DNA from: an uncultured Alphaproteobacteria bacterium
GTDB lineage: Bacteria > Pseudomonadota > Alphaproteobacteria > Rhizobiales > Xanthobacteraceae
Reading direction: 5' to 3'
Assembly: GCA_963786045.1 (NCBI GenBank)
Contig: CAWAXR010000029.1
Span: 622 to 64,621, forward strand
DNA length: 64,000 nucleotides
Positions within the stretch are counted from its first letter, which is position 1. Every line of letters starts with the position of its first letter. Below, piece by piece: positions 10,224 to 19,188 of this stretch. A model generated the notes under the pieces. The model did no database searches and was not told the DNA's origin. It worked only from the letters and a program-made list of their open reading frames with translations. Made by a program: the position numbers and the translations under genes.

Positions 10224-11705
10224 TCAGCGAGCAATCTGCTCCAGACGCAGGTTGCGCGTCTCGATCATCCGGGTCGCAGCCAGCAGTCCCACCACGGCAA
10301 CGCCTGCAAACATCAGAAACACCGAATCGACGCCGCCCCTGCCGAGCATAAATCCGATCAGCGTCGGCCCGATCGCCGAAGCGATCCGGAGCCATGAGGT
10401 AGCAACGCCCGTCCCGATCGCGCGCATCCGGGTCGGGTAGATCTCAGGCGTGTACAGATAGACGACGGCGGCGACGGAGCCGATGAGCCCATAGCTGAGT
10501 GTGCTGAAAACGATGACCCACGAGACGTCCTGCGTGCCGCCGAACGCCAGCACGCCGAGCATCACCGCACCGAGGCCGAAGGCACCCATCATCCAGTATT
10601 TGCGGCCGGTCCGATCGATCACCATGGCGCATACCAGTACCAACAGCACCTGGGCGACGTTGGTCATCGAGGCGGCCCGCAGCGCCTGGGGAAGGCCGAG
10701 ATGATAGACGGTGGTGTAGAGCGTGGGCATCCAGTTGTTGAGGCTGTTGGCAATCAGAAACGCGCAAGCCCACAGCACCCATGCGATCAGCGTTCGGCCA
10801 CGATAGGCCGGAGACAGCAATTCGCTCCACCTGCCGCGCTCCCGCTGCGGGACGGGAACCTGTGCCGGCAGGGCCATGGCCGGCAACGCTTCCCTCGTCG
10901 GCGCGCCGGCCTTATCGGAGGCTGCCTCCAGCCGCATGACGACCGCCTCGGCCTCAGCCAATCGTCCCTTGCCGATCAGCCAGCGCGGCAATTCCGGCAG
11001 TCGCAGCAGCATCAGAGCGATCGCCAGTCCTGGAATGCCGCCAATCAGGAACATGATCTGCCAGCCGAGCAACGGCACCAGCAGCGCGCCGACCTGGCCG
11101 GTCACCATCAGACCGATGGGAAAGATCATCTCGTACAGCAGGAAAAACCGGCCGCGGCCGCGGGCTTTGGAAAGCTCGCTGATATAGGTGGCGGCGACAG
11201 GCATCTCGCCGCCGACGCCGATGCCCTGAATGAACCGGAAAATCAGCAGAACGCTGAAGCTCCACGCTCCGGCGCAGGCGAGACTCATCAGCGCGTAAAT
11301 GGCGGTTGCCGCCGCCGCACACGGAACCCGGCCGTAACGTTCGGCCGCCCAGCTGAATGCGAGCGCGCCTATAATCTGGCCGACATAGCTGGCGCCGATC
11401 ATGATGCCGACTTCCGGTGCTGTAATGTGCCAGAGCGGCACCAGAATCGGCAGAACAAAGGCGACCGACAGCGCGTTGAACGCGTCGAAGAATGTCGCGC
11501 TCCCCATCACGACGCGGGCACGGACAAACCAGCGCGACGTCGGCACCTGCTCCATGCGTGTAATAAGAGCGGCGGCGGCATCCTCGGAGGCGATTGGCGG
11601 CGCTGGCGACGGAACGGCAGGAACCTCGGACCACGGCTCCGCGCTGGCGCTTGTCAAAGGCTCTCTCCCGCTCTTTTGTTTTTCGGCCCGCTCATCGGCC
11701 TGCAT
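10224..11705 (-). CDS. MFS transporter (aromatic acid/organic anion symporter-like)
   Basis: About 12 TM segments; FFDAFN, AERYGR motif A, RFIQGIGVGGE, IDRTGRK, YTPEIYPTRMR. Confidence 0.9.
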   Translation of the reverse strand: MQADERAEKQKSGREPLTSASAEPWSEVPAVPSPAPPIASEDAAAALITRMEQVPTSRWFVRARVVMGSATFFDAFNALSVAFVLPILVPLWHITAPEVGIMIGASYVGQIIGALAFSWAAERYGRVPCAAAATAIYALMSLACAGAWSFSVLLIFRFIQGIGVGGEMPVAATYISELSKARGRGRFFLLYEMIFPIGLMVTGQVGALLVPLLGWQIMFLIGGIPGLAIALMLLRLPELPRWLIGKGRLAEAEAVVMRLEAASDKAGAPTREALPAMALPAQVPVPQRERGRWSELLSPAYRGRTLIAWVLWACAFLIANSLNNWMPTLYTTVYHLGLPQALRAASMTNVAQVLLVLVCAMVIDRTGRKYWMMGAFGLGAVMLGVLAFGGTQDVSWVIVFSTLSYGLIGSVAAVVYLYTPEIYPTRMRAIGTGVATSWLRIASAIGPTLIGFMLGRGGVDSVFLMFAGVAVVGLLAATRMIETRNLRLEQIAR

Positions 11706-11844
11706 GAATAACACGCAAGCCGGCCCGAGGGCAGGCTGATCGGCTGGATCAGATGTCGCCCGCCCGTTCGATCAGCGCCAGACTTCTCTCAGCGATCACC
11801 GCCAGCCATGGTGAAGCTTTCCCCGGAAGACATCCCGGAGCTGC

Positions 11845-13014
11845 TCATGCCGCGGCCGACTTTTGGGACGAACCCGGTGTCGGCGCCGGCTCGTCCAGCG
11901 AGACGTTCCAGGCATCGTAGCCATAGAGCCAACCCGGATCGTCATTGCCGCCACTCATCCAGGTGTTGGCACTGGAGATCTCCTGGATCTTGGAGGTACG
12001 CGGCTTGCGATGAGCCTCGAAGCGCCTGAAAGCCGCCTCGATTCCTTCGACCGGCACGTCCTTCAGGCAGCGTGCCAGCACGGCGGCGTCCTCGATCGAT
12101 GTCGCCGCGCCCTGCGCCATATAAGGCGTCATCGGGTGGCAGGCATCGCCGATCAGGACGATCCGGCCCTGGCTCCAGGTTGGCAGCGGGTCGCGCTCCA
12201 GGATCGCCCATTTGTGGCAATCGGGGCAGGCATCGAGGACCATCCGCACCTCGGGATGGAAACCGGCATAGGCGGCGCGCAATTCCTTTACATCGCCTTT
12301 GGCCGACCACGACTCCTTCGTCATCCAGTCCGCCGGCTCCGGCACGCTCGTCACGAAGTAGAGCTGGCTGCGGTCCCTGGTCGTGTAATAGATCACGATG
12401 TGGCGATCCTCGCCCCACCATTTGGTACGCGAGCGGGAGATTTCCCTTGGCATCCGGTTGGAATTGAACACCGAGCGGTACGCGATGCGGCCGCGATGCA
12501 GCGGCTTGTCGGGCCCGATGATGATGTCGCGCACCACCGAGTGGACGCCATCGGCGCCGATGACGGCGTCCGCCTTGACCGTGGTCCCGTCGGCAAAGGA
12601 CAGCGTCACCGGTCCGCCGTTCTGCTCCAGTCCGACCAGTTTCTTGTTCAGGTGGACGATCTCGTTCGGCACGATGGAGGTCAGCGCCTCGTGCAGGTCC
12701 GCGCGATGCATGCAAAGGAAAGGCGCCCCATAAAGATCCTCCGGCATCGGCAGCTCGCGCTTGAGCTCGCCGGTGTCGCCGACGCGGTTGAGGTGGGAGT
12801 ACGGCGCGAAGGCGCGCTCGCGCAAGCCCGCCTCGACACCGATGCCGCGCAGAACCTTCATCGAGTTCGGCAGCATCTGGATGCCCGCGCCGATGCGGCC
12901 GAATTGATGCGCCTGTTCATATATCTCGACGTCGACACCCGCCTGTCGAAGCGTGCCGGCCGCGGCCATGCCGCCCATCCCGGCGCCGACGATTGCAATT
13001 TTGGGTGACGCCAT
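11845..13014 (-). CDS. Class A FAD-dependent monooxygenase, 6-hydroxynicotinate 3-monooxygenase (NicC)/salicylate hydroxylase-like
   Basis: GAGMGG Rossmann motif, DAVIGADG, GDACHPMTPYMAQG; KWWGEDRHIVIYYT resembles NicC. Confidence 0.85.
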   Translation of the reverse strand: MASPKIAIVGAGMGGMAAAGTLRQAGVDVEIYEQAHQFGRIGAGIQMLPNSMKVLRGIGVEAGLRERAFAPYSHLNRVGDTGELKRELPMPEDLYGAPFLCMHRADLHEALTSIVPNEIVHLNKKLVGLEQNGGPVTLSFADGTTVKADAVIGADGVHSVVRDIIIGPDKPLHRGRIAYRSVFNSNRMPREISRSRTKWWGEDRHIVIYYTTRDRSQLYFVTSVPEPADWMTKESWSAKGDVKELRAAYAGFHPEVRMVLDACPDCHKWAILERDPLPTWSQGRIVLIGDACHPMTPYMAQGAATSIEDAAVLARCLKDVPVEGIEAAFRRFEAHRKPRTSKIQEISSANTWMSGGNDDPGWLYGYDAWNVSLDEPAPTPGSSQKSAAA

Positions 13015-13244
13015 GATTGCGCTGCTCCTTACCCTGAAAACAAAGGAGACCTTTGCAGGTCTCCGGCCGCGACCAACGTCGGCGCGTTTGTTAAGTATGC
13101 GAGATATATCTTTTATGTCCGGGGCAGGACAAGGATCTCACTGCTGCGTGGGGCGTGCACGCATTCCAGGAGAATTGTCGCCTGCCCGAAGCCCTCTTGC
13201 CGGCACACCGCCACCGAGGCCACCGTAAGGGTGGGCAACATCAT

Positions 13245-13276
13245 TTGACAAATTGACAATGTTTGTCAAAATTGTC
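13245..13276. promoter_or_regulatory. Palindromic operator with TTGACA hexamers just upstream of tetR
   Basis: TTGACAA-TGT-TTGTCAA (13253-13269) with imperfect outer arms; ends 2 nt before the tetR ATG, with no Shine-Dalgarno. Confidence 0.7.
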
Positions 13277-13278
13277 GA

Positions 13279-13893
13279 ATGGGCTCGTCGGATCGCATCT
13301 TGTCGGCTGCGGAAAACGTCTTCGCCCGCTTCGGCTATCGGCGCGCGTCGATGAGCCAGATCGCCGGGGAAGCCGGCCTGACCCGGCAGGCGCTTTATCA
13401 TCACTACCCGAGCAAGGAGGCCCTGTTCCGGGCGGTCGTCGAGCAGTTGCAAGAATGCGCCTACGAGGCCGAAGCCGCGGCCGGCCTCGATCAGGAGGGG
13501 GCCGGCGGGGGCCTTGCGGATATTCTCGCCGCGCAGATCGGCGCGCGCTTTCGTTACCTGCTTGAATGCGTCGAGGAGTCGCCGCAGGCCGAAGAGCTAT
13601 TGTCGGAGCATCAGCTTCAGACCCGCGATCTCTATCAGAGTTTCATCGAGCATAACGCCGACCTGCGCGCCGAAACCATCGATCGTGTATGCGCGAAGCA
13701 GAATCTGGCCCTGCAGAACGGCATGACAGCCCGCGATCTCGCCAGGTGTATCCAGATCGCTATCCGCGGATTCAACGATCTGCGGCTGGACGCCAGTGTT
13801 CTGACTGAACTTGACCGGATCGTCCGTCTGCTTGTGGCCGGCGCTATCGCGCCCGCCGCGCCCCTATCCCGCACCAAGAGGAGATCGCGATGA
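13279..13893 (+). CDS. TetR/AcrR family transcriptional regulator
   Basis: N-terminal HTH RILSAAENVFARFGYRRASMSQIAGEAGLTRQALYHHYPSKEALF. Confidence 0.92.
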   Translation: MGSSDRILSAAENVFARFGYRRASMSQIAGEAGLTRQALYHHYPSKEALFRAVVEQLQECAYEAEAAAGLDQEGAGGGLADILAAQIGARFRYLLECVEESPQAEELLSEHQLQTRDLYQSFIEHNADLRAETIDRVCAKQNLALQNGMTARDLARCIQIAIRGFNDLRLDASVLTELDRIVRLLVAGAIAPAAPLSRTKRRSR

Positions 13894-16580
13894 GCACAGT
13901 GACGATCAATGGTCGCATTGAAACTTTGCCTGACGATCCCGAAGCGCTCCTGATCGATATCATCCGCGACACGGTAAATCTGACCGGAACCAAGCTCGTC
14001 TGCGGGGCGGGTGTCTGCGGCGCCTGCACCGTATTGCTCGATGGCGTGCCGGTCGTGAGCTGCCTGATGCCCGCGAAGACCGTCGCCGGCAGGACGATCA
14101 CCACCGTCGAGGGAGTTGGCGATCCAAAGCTGCATCCGATACAGAAGGCGTTCATGGCGCTCGACGCCTTGCAATGTGGCTTCTGTACGCCAGGTTTCGT
14201 CGTCGAGGCGGTTGCCTTTCACGACGAGTGGCGCAGGGCGAAGGGTACCGCCGTTCCCTCGCGGGAGGAGATCGGTGCGGCGCTGTCGGGCCACCTCTGC
14301 CGATGCGGCGCCTACGACAATATATTGCGAGCGGTGGCCGATGCCTGCAGCGGCCGCTTCGACGGCGACGAAACCGTCCCGCCGCGGGTCGAGGCGCGCG
14401 ACAAGGTGACGGGGGCCGCGAAATATACCGTCGACATCCACCACGACGGTCAACTCGAGGGCCTGATCGTCCGTTCGCATGTCGCCCACGGGCGGATCGT
14501 CGAGCTCGACCTGGCGCCCGCGCGCGCGACGCCGGGCGTCATGGCGGCTATCTCGCTACTCGGAGACGACCGCACCGTCCGCTATGTCGGCGACCCGATC
14601 GCCGCGATCGCCGCGAAGGATCGCAAGACCGCGCGCAAGGCGGCGGCCGCCATCAGGATCAAATGCGAGCAACTGCCATCGGTCGCAGGACTGGACGCGG
14701 CGCGCAAACCAGGCGCGCCGGTGGTTTTCGATAAATCAAACCGCAAGAAGGCCGGCAACGTATCGGAGGGCTCACCGGCGCCGGCCGCGTGGAAGCAGAA
14801 TGTGCGAGGCCCGTCCGCGGCGTTTTCACACAAGACCAGGAAAGTGCGGAGCGCGATCGCGTCGGCGGCCGAAACGCACGACCCGCTGCTGGTCGAGGGT
14901 ATCTTCCGGACCGCGGGCCAGTCGCATACCTGCCTCGAGCCGCATGCCACCGTGGCCCGCTTCGATGGCGATCGCCTGACCCTTCACGTTTCGACGCAAG
15001 CGGTGTTTCATTTGATGGAACTTGTTGCGAAACGATACAAGCTCGACCGTGACAAGGTACGCGTGATCGCCGACCACGTCGGCGGCGGATTTGGCTCGAA
15101 GGCCAGCCTCGGTATCGACACCATCGCCGCGATCGAACTCGCGCGCGAGACGAAGGCACCCGTTCGCGTCGCCCTCGACAGGCACGACGAGTTGACTGTC
15201 ACGGGTCATCGTCCCGCCACGGAGATCAAGATCGCGTTGTTGCCGTCGCGCGAAGGCAACCTCAAGGCGCTGTCCCTGACGGCCTATTCCGACAATGGCG
15301 CGGCCATCAATTCGACGATCGCTGCATTGGCGCGCCTGATCTATCCCGCCGAGGCGAAGGAACTGATCGACTTCGACGTCATCAGCAATCTGCCGCCAGG
15401 CGCGCCCTTTCGCGGGCCCGGTGGACCACCGATGGCGTTTGCGCTGGAACAGGCGGTCGACGAGGCCGCCCTGCGGATGCAAGTCGATCCGATCGAACTC
15501 CGCAAGCGATGGGACACCGACCCCAATCGTCAGCGTCTCTATGACTGGGCGGCGGGACTCGAAGTCTGGCGCAATGCCAAAGCAGCGCCGGCGCAGAACG
15601 GACGCTATCGCCGCGGCGTCGGCGTTGCCACAGGGTACTGGCTTTATCTGTGGCAGCCGGGCTCGAAGGTCGAATTGTCGGTCAAGGGCGGGCGCCTGGT
15701 TGCGAGCACCGCGATCCAGGACATTGGCACCGGCAGTCGAACGGTAATCGCCAACACGGTAGCGCATGAATTCGGACTGGAGCCGCACGAGGTCGAAGTC
15801 AGGATCGGGGATTCCAGCCTCATTGAAGGCCCCGGCTCGGGCGGCAGCCGGACCACCGCCTCGGTCGTGCCGCCGGCACTGCTCGCGATCCAGAAGCTCA
15901 AGGACGCTATCGAGAAAAATGCGAAACGAAGACCAGCCCCGGGTTCCAATGCGCCATGGCGCGAACTGATCGCGGCATCTCCCGATATCAGCGTTTCTGC
16001 AACGCGCCCGGAGGATAGCAGGCCGACGTTCCCCGGCGTTCGTTCGCCGCTGAAGGAAGCGGGCTTCATGGGAACTATCTTCGGCTGGATGATGCGCCGG
16101 TTCTCGAATCTCGCCATCGGCGCCGGCGTGCCGAGTTCGGTGCAGGTGGTCGAAGTGGAGGTCGATACCTGGCTTGGCCACGTGCGGGTCCTGAGCGTTC
16201 ACACCGGCATCGCGGTCGGCAGGCTCGCCGCACCGGCGCTGGCGCGGAGCCAGGCGGCAGGCTCGGTCATCCAGGGCATCGGATACGCGCTGTACGAGGG
16301 ACGTGAGGTCGATGCCGCGCGCGGCGATATTCTCACCGCCGGGCTTGAGGATTATCGCATTCCCGGCATCGCGGACACACCCGACATCGACGTGCATTTT
16401 GATGAAGCGGGCTTCGATCACGTGCTCGGCGGCAGCGTCGGCATCGGCGAGGTTGCGACCGTGCCGACATCGCCGGCGATTGCGAACGCCATCCGCGACG
16501 CGATCGGCGTGCGCGCCTGCGAGCTTCCGATCAGACCCGGCCGGATCATCGCTATCCTGAACGAGAGGAGCGCGGCATGA
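13890..16580 (+). CDS. Xanthine dehydrogenase-family oxidoreductase: 2x[2Fe-2S] domain fused to the molybdopterin-binding subunit
   Basis: CGAGVCGAC..C and QCGFC...CRC Fe-S motifs; VGGGFGSK, FRGPG, QDIGTG, GIGE (catalytic Glu); ATGA overlap with tetR. Confidence 0.9.
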   Translation: MSTVTINGRIETLPDDPEALLIDIIRDTVNLTGTKLVCGAGVCGACTVLLDGVPVVSCLMPAKTVAGRTITTVEGVGDPKLHPIQKAFMALDALQCGFCTPGFVVEAVAFHDEWRRAKGTAVPSREEIGAALSGHLCRCGAYDNILRAVADACSGRFDGDETVPPRVEARDKVTGAAKYTVDIHHDGQLEGLIVRSHVAHGRIVELDLAPARATPGVMAAISLLGDDRTVRYVGDPIAAIAAKDRKTARKAAAAIRIKCEQLPSVAGLDAARKPGAPVVFDKSNRKKAGNVSEGSPAPAAWKQNVRGPSAAFSHKTRKVRSAIASAAETHDPLLVEGIFRTAGQSHTCLEPHATVARFDGDRLTLHVSTQAVFHLMELVAKRYKLDRDKVRVIADHVGGGFGSKASLGIDTIAAIELARETKAPVRVALDRHDELTVTGHRPATEIKIALLPSREGNLKALSLTAYSDNGAAINSTIAALARLIYPAEAKELIDFDVISNLPPGAPFRGPGGPPMAFALEQAVDEAALRMQVDPIELRKRWDTDPNRQRLYDWAAGLEVWRNAKAAPAQNGRYRRGVGVATGYWLYLWQPGSKVELSVKGGRLVASTAIQDIGTGSRTVIANTVAHEFGLEPHEVEVRIGDSSLIEGPGSGGSRTTASVVPPALLAIQKLKDAIEKNAKRRPAPGSNAPWRELIAASPDISVSATRPEDSRPTFPGVRSPLKEAGFMGTIFGWMMRRFSNLAIGAGVPSSVQVVEVEVDTWLGHVRVLSVHTGIAVGRLAAPALARSQAAGSVIQGIGYALYEGREVDAARGDILTAGLEDYRIPGIADTPDIDVHFDEAGFDHVLGGSVGIGEVATVPTSPAIANAIRDAIGVRACELPIRPGRIIAILNERSAA

Positions 16581-17500
16581 ACGGCTCAGCACCGGCCGAC
16601 GCGCAGCGGCCAGAATTCCGCGCCGCCGGCACCGATCTCTCGGAGCGGCGGCGCAGCGGCGTATCGCGCGGACCGCTACTCGATCTGGTGCGCCCGTCCG
16701 GCACGCCTGACATCGCGTGGGATACGAGTGGCGCGGCCCGGATCAGCGCGTTCGCCAGCATCGCCGCGATCGCAACCGATCCGAAACTGGGCGCGGCCTA
16801 TCCGGGTCTGACGGCGGCGGCCGCCAGCCTTGCGACGCCACAGATACGACACGTTGCGACGCTCGGGGGCAATCTCGCGCAGCGCTCGCGCTGCTGGTAC
16901 TATCGCGACCCGAAAATTGCCTGTCTCAAGAAGGGCGGCACTATTTGTCCGGCTCGCGAGGGCAATCATCTCTACGGCGTCGCCTTTGATCTCGGCCCCT
17001 GCGTCGCACCGCATCCGTCCACGCTGGCCGCAGCCCTTATGGCCTATGATGCGGCGATCACGACGAATCTTCGCCAGCGCCTCACCATGGACCAGATGCT
17101 CGGTGACGGGTCGAACGGCACCATCGACCACGCCCTGTTACCCGGCGAAATCATCGAGAGCATCGAACTTGGCATTCCCGTCGCGAACGAGCGGGCCCTT
17201 TATCGGCGAGCGATCAGCCGGAGCTATGCGGAGTGGCCACTTGTGGAAGTCGTCGTTCGTGCCGTCATCGCGGATGGGACATTCAAGTTCGTTCGTATCG
17301 TATCCGGAGCCGTTGCCCCGGTACCGATTCGGCATCTCGCTGCCGAATCCGCGGCGCAAGGCGCGGCGGTGAACGCGGCGACCATCGCCAAGGCGGTTGC
17401 GCAATCCACGCTTGGCGCAAAGCCGCTCGCCATGACCGGTTACAAGCTCGATCTGCTGAGAGGGCTTGTGCGGGACCTGCTCGAAGGAGTTTCCGCATAG
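16577..17500 (+). CDS. FAD-binding subunit (PaoB/YagS-like) with a [4Fe-4S]-type Cys insert
   Basis: AGTDL, TPQIRHVATLGGNLAQRSRCWYY, and four Cys in RCWYY...CLKKGGTICPA...CVAPHPS; ATGA overlap. Confidence 0.88.
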   Translation: MNGSAPADAQRPEFRAAGTDLSERRRSGVSRGPLLDLVRPSGTPDIAWDTSGAARISAFASIAAIATDPKLGAAYPGLTAAAASLATPQIRHVATLGGNLAQRSRCWYYRDPKIACLKKGGTICPAREGNHLYGVAFDLGPCVAPHPSTLAAALMAYDAAITTNLRQRLTMDQMLGDGSNGTIDHALLPGEIIESIELGIPVANERALYRRAISRSYAEWPLVEVVVRAVIADGTFKFVRIVSGAVAPVPIRHLAAESAAQGAAVNAATIAKAVAQSTLGAKPLAMTGYKLDLLRGLVRDLLEGVSA

Positions 17501-17596
17501 AGCGTCCCGAGCGCAAGCCTGTCCCGGACCCGGCGCGTAATGCCGACTTGATGGCCGGCAAGCGCGACGGCAAAGGGTGCCGAAAATCCCAACTTG

Positions 17597-18160
17597 TCAC
17601 AGCGTGATCGTTTCATGGCGGCGGCGCTCGGAGGCTTTCGACACGGCCTCGGTCCTGGTGCGCGCACCCAGTTTCCGGAACACGGATTCGACGTGGAATT
17701 TCACGGTGTGCAGCGAGATGTCCAATCGGCGCGCAATCGCCTTGTTGGTCATACCTTCCGCGAGCGCCGCAAGCACTTCGAGTTCGCGCGGCGTCAGGAG
17801 CGCGTGAGCTTCGGTCTCGCGCATCGCACCAAAGCCACCGTCCCTCGCCCCTTGCACGCGGACGATCAGGCCGGCCGCAACCGCCCGTATGGCAGCATCG
17901 ATCTGGCTTGCATCCGCATCGCGGGGCAACACGCCCGGCAAGTCGTCGTCCGCACCACCGAGCATGACGACCGGGCGGGCTTCGCCCGGCGGGCAGTCGC
18001 CGTCGGCCAAGACAACGTCGGCGGCATCCCGCGCGCCGGCGACCATATGCCCGGCTTCGACGACCACCCTCTCAAGCGCGGCACGGCGCCCTTCATCCAC
18101 CGCGTGGACCGCCACATGCAGTCGTTCCTTTGGCACCCGTCTGCTTGCCGCTTCCCTCAT
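17597..18160 (-). CDS. LuxR-type HTH regulator with a degenerate receiver-like N-terminus
   Basis: [44 protein letters not shown]; start overlaps the stop of the upstream PDZ gene. Confidence 0.88.
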   Translation of the reverse strand: MREAASRRVPKERLHVAVHAVDEGRRAALERVVVEAGHMVAGARDAADVVLADGDCPPGEARPVVMLGGADDDLPGVLPRDADASQIDAAIRAVAAGLIVRVQGARDGGFGAMRETEAHALLTPRELEVLAALAEGMTNKAIARRLDISLHTVKFHVESVFRKLGARTRTEAVSKASERRRHETITL

Positions 18161-19059
18161 GCGGCTTGCCGTTCCGCGATGGTGATCTGCACCGTCATCA
18201 CTGCGCCGCTCCTGATGACGCGAAGTTCAGCCTTGCGCCCGATGCTGTCGGCGCCGAAATGCCTGGCGATTTTCCGGAAGCGATGAGCCGATGTCCCGTC
18301 GACGCTCAGGATGATGTCGCCTGCTACAATTCCCGCCTGCGCCGCCGGTCCGTTCTCGACGACCGACATCACCATCAATCCACTGGACTGATCGGCGCGC
18401 TCGCGCAGGGCGTCGGGCACCGCGACGGCTTGCAAGGCGACACCAAGCCATCCGCGCGCAATGCGTCCGTCCTTGGCGAGGAGCGGCACGATGCGTTCGA
18501 TGGTCGCCGTCGGAATGGCAATGACCTGGCCGCGCGGTCCGAAGGTCGACATCCCCAGACAAGCGCCGGCGGCGTCGAAGACGGGCCCGCCCTCCTCGCG
18601 AAGGGCCAATCTGACATCGAGCACGATGCGCCGGTCAATGAGGCCGCCGCGGCTGGAATGCCATTCGCCGCCAGCGAGATTGACGAGCCCAAGCCGCGCG
18701 CTGGCTCCGCCCGTTCCGTCAGCCCCGATCGCAAGCACAACTGCGCCGGTACGTGCCTCGCCCGCAACGATCGCCGGCGAGGCGAGCTGTTCCGCCGGCT
18801 TCAGAACGGCGATATTCGTGGAAGGATCGCGTCCGGCAATCCTGGCCGTCAGGACCGAGCCGCCCGGCGCAATAAGTTCAAAATCATCCTTGCGCGGCAA
18901 TGCCTGCTCGGAAGTGACGACAATCCCGGGACGCCACAGAATGCCCGTCACATGTCGCTCATGGGAGAGGCGGATGGCAACGACAAGGCTTTTCGCGGCT
19001 TCCGCGCGCACAGCCAAGGCGTTCGAGAATGCGCCTAACGGATCGATTGGATCGGACAT
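18157..19059 (-). CDS. Trypsin-like (S1C) plus PDZ protein lacking the catalytic triad
   Basis: HtrA-like segments [27 protein letters not shown]; C-terminal PDZ ([25 protein letters not shown]); AGGAG RBS. Confidence 0.82.
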   Translation of the reverse strand: MSDPIDPLGAFSNALAVRAEAAKSLVVAIRLSHERHVTGILWRPGIVVTSEQALPRKDDFELIAPGGSVLTARIAGRDPSTNIAVLKPAEQLASPAIVAGEARTGAVVLAIGADGTGGASARLGLVNLAGGEWHSSRGGLIDRRIVLDVRLALREEGGPVFDAAGACLGMSTFGPRGQVIAIPTATIERIVPLLAKDGRIARGWLGVALQAVAVPDALRERADQSSGLMVMSVVENGPAAQAGIVAGDIILSVDGTSAHRFRKIARHFGADSIGRKAELRVIRSGAVMTVQITIAERQAA

Positions 19060-19188
19060 GGACAACTCCTATCGGCTGAAGATAGGAACAAATCTGGGTG
19101 TTTCAGCACGCCCGGTCTATCGGCCGGACGGCCGGGTTCGCCCCAGCCATTTGACCGGGTAACAACGCCGCAGCTTGCGGAAGGCACA

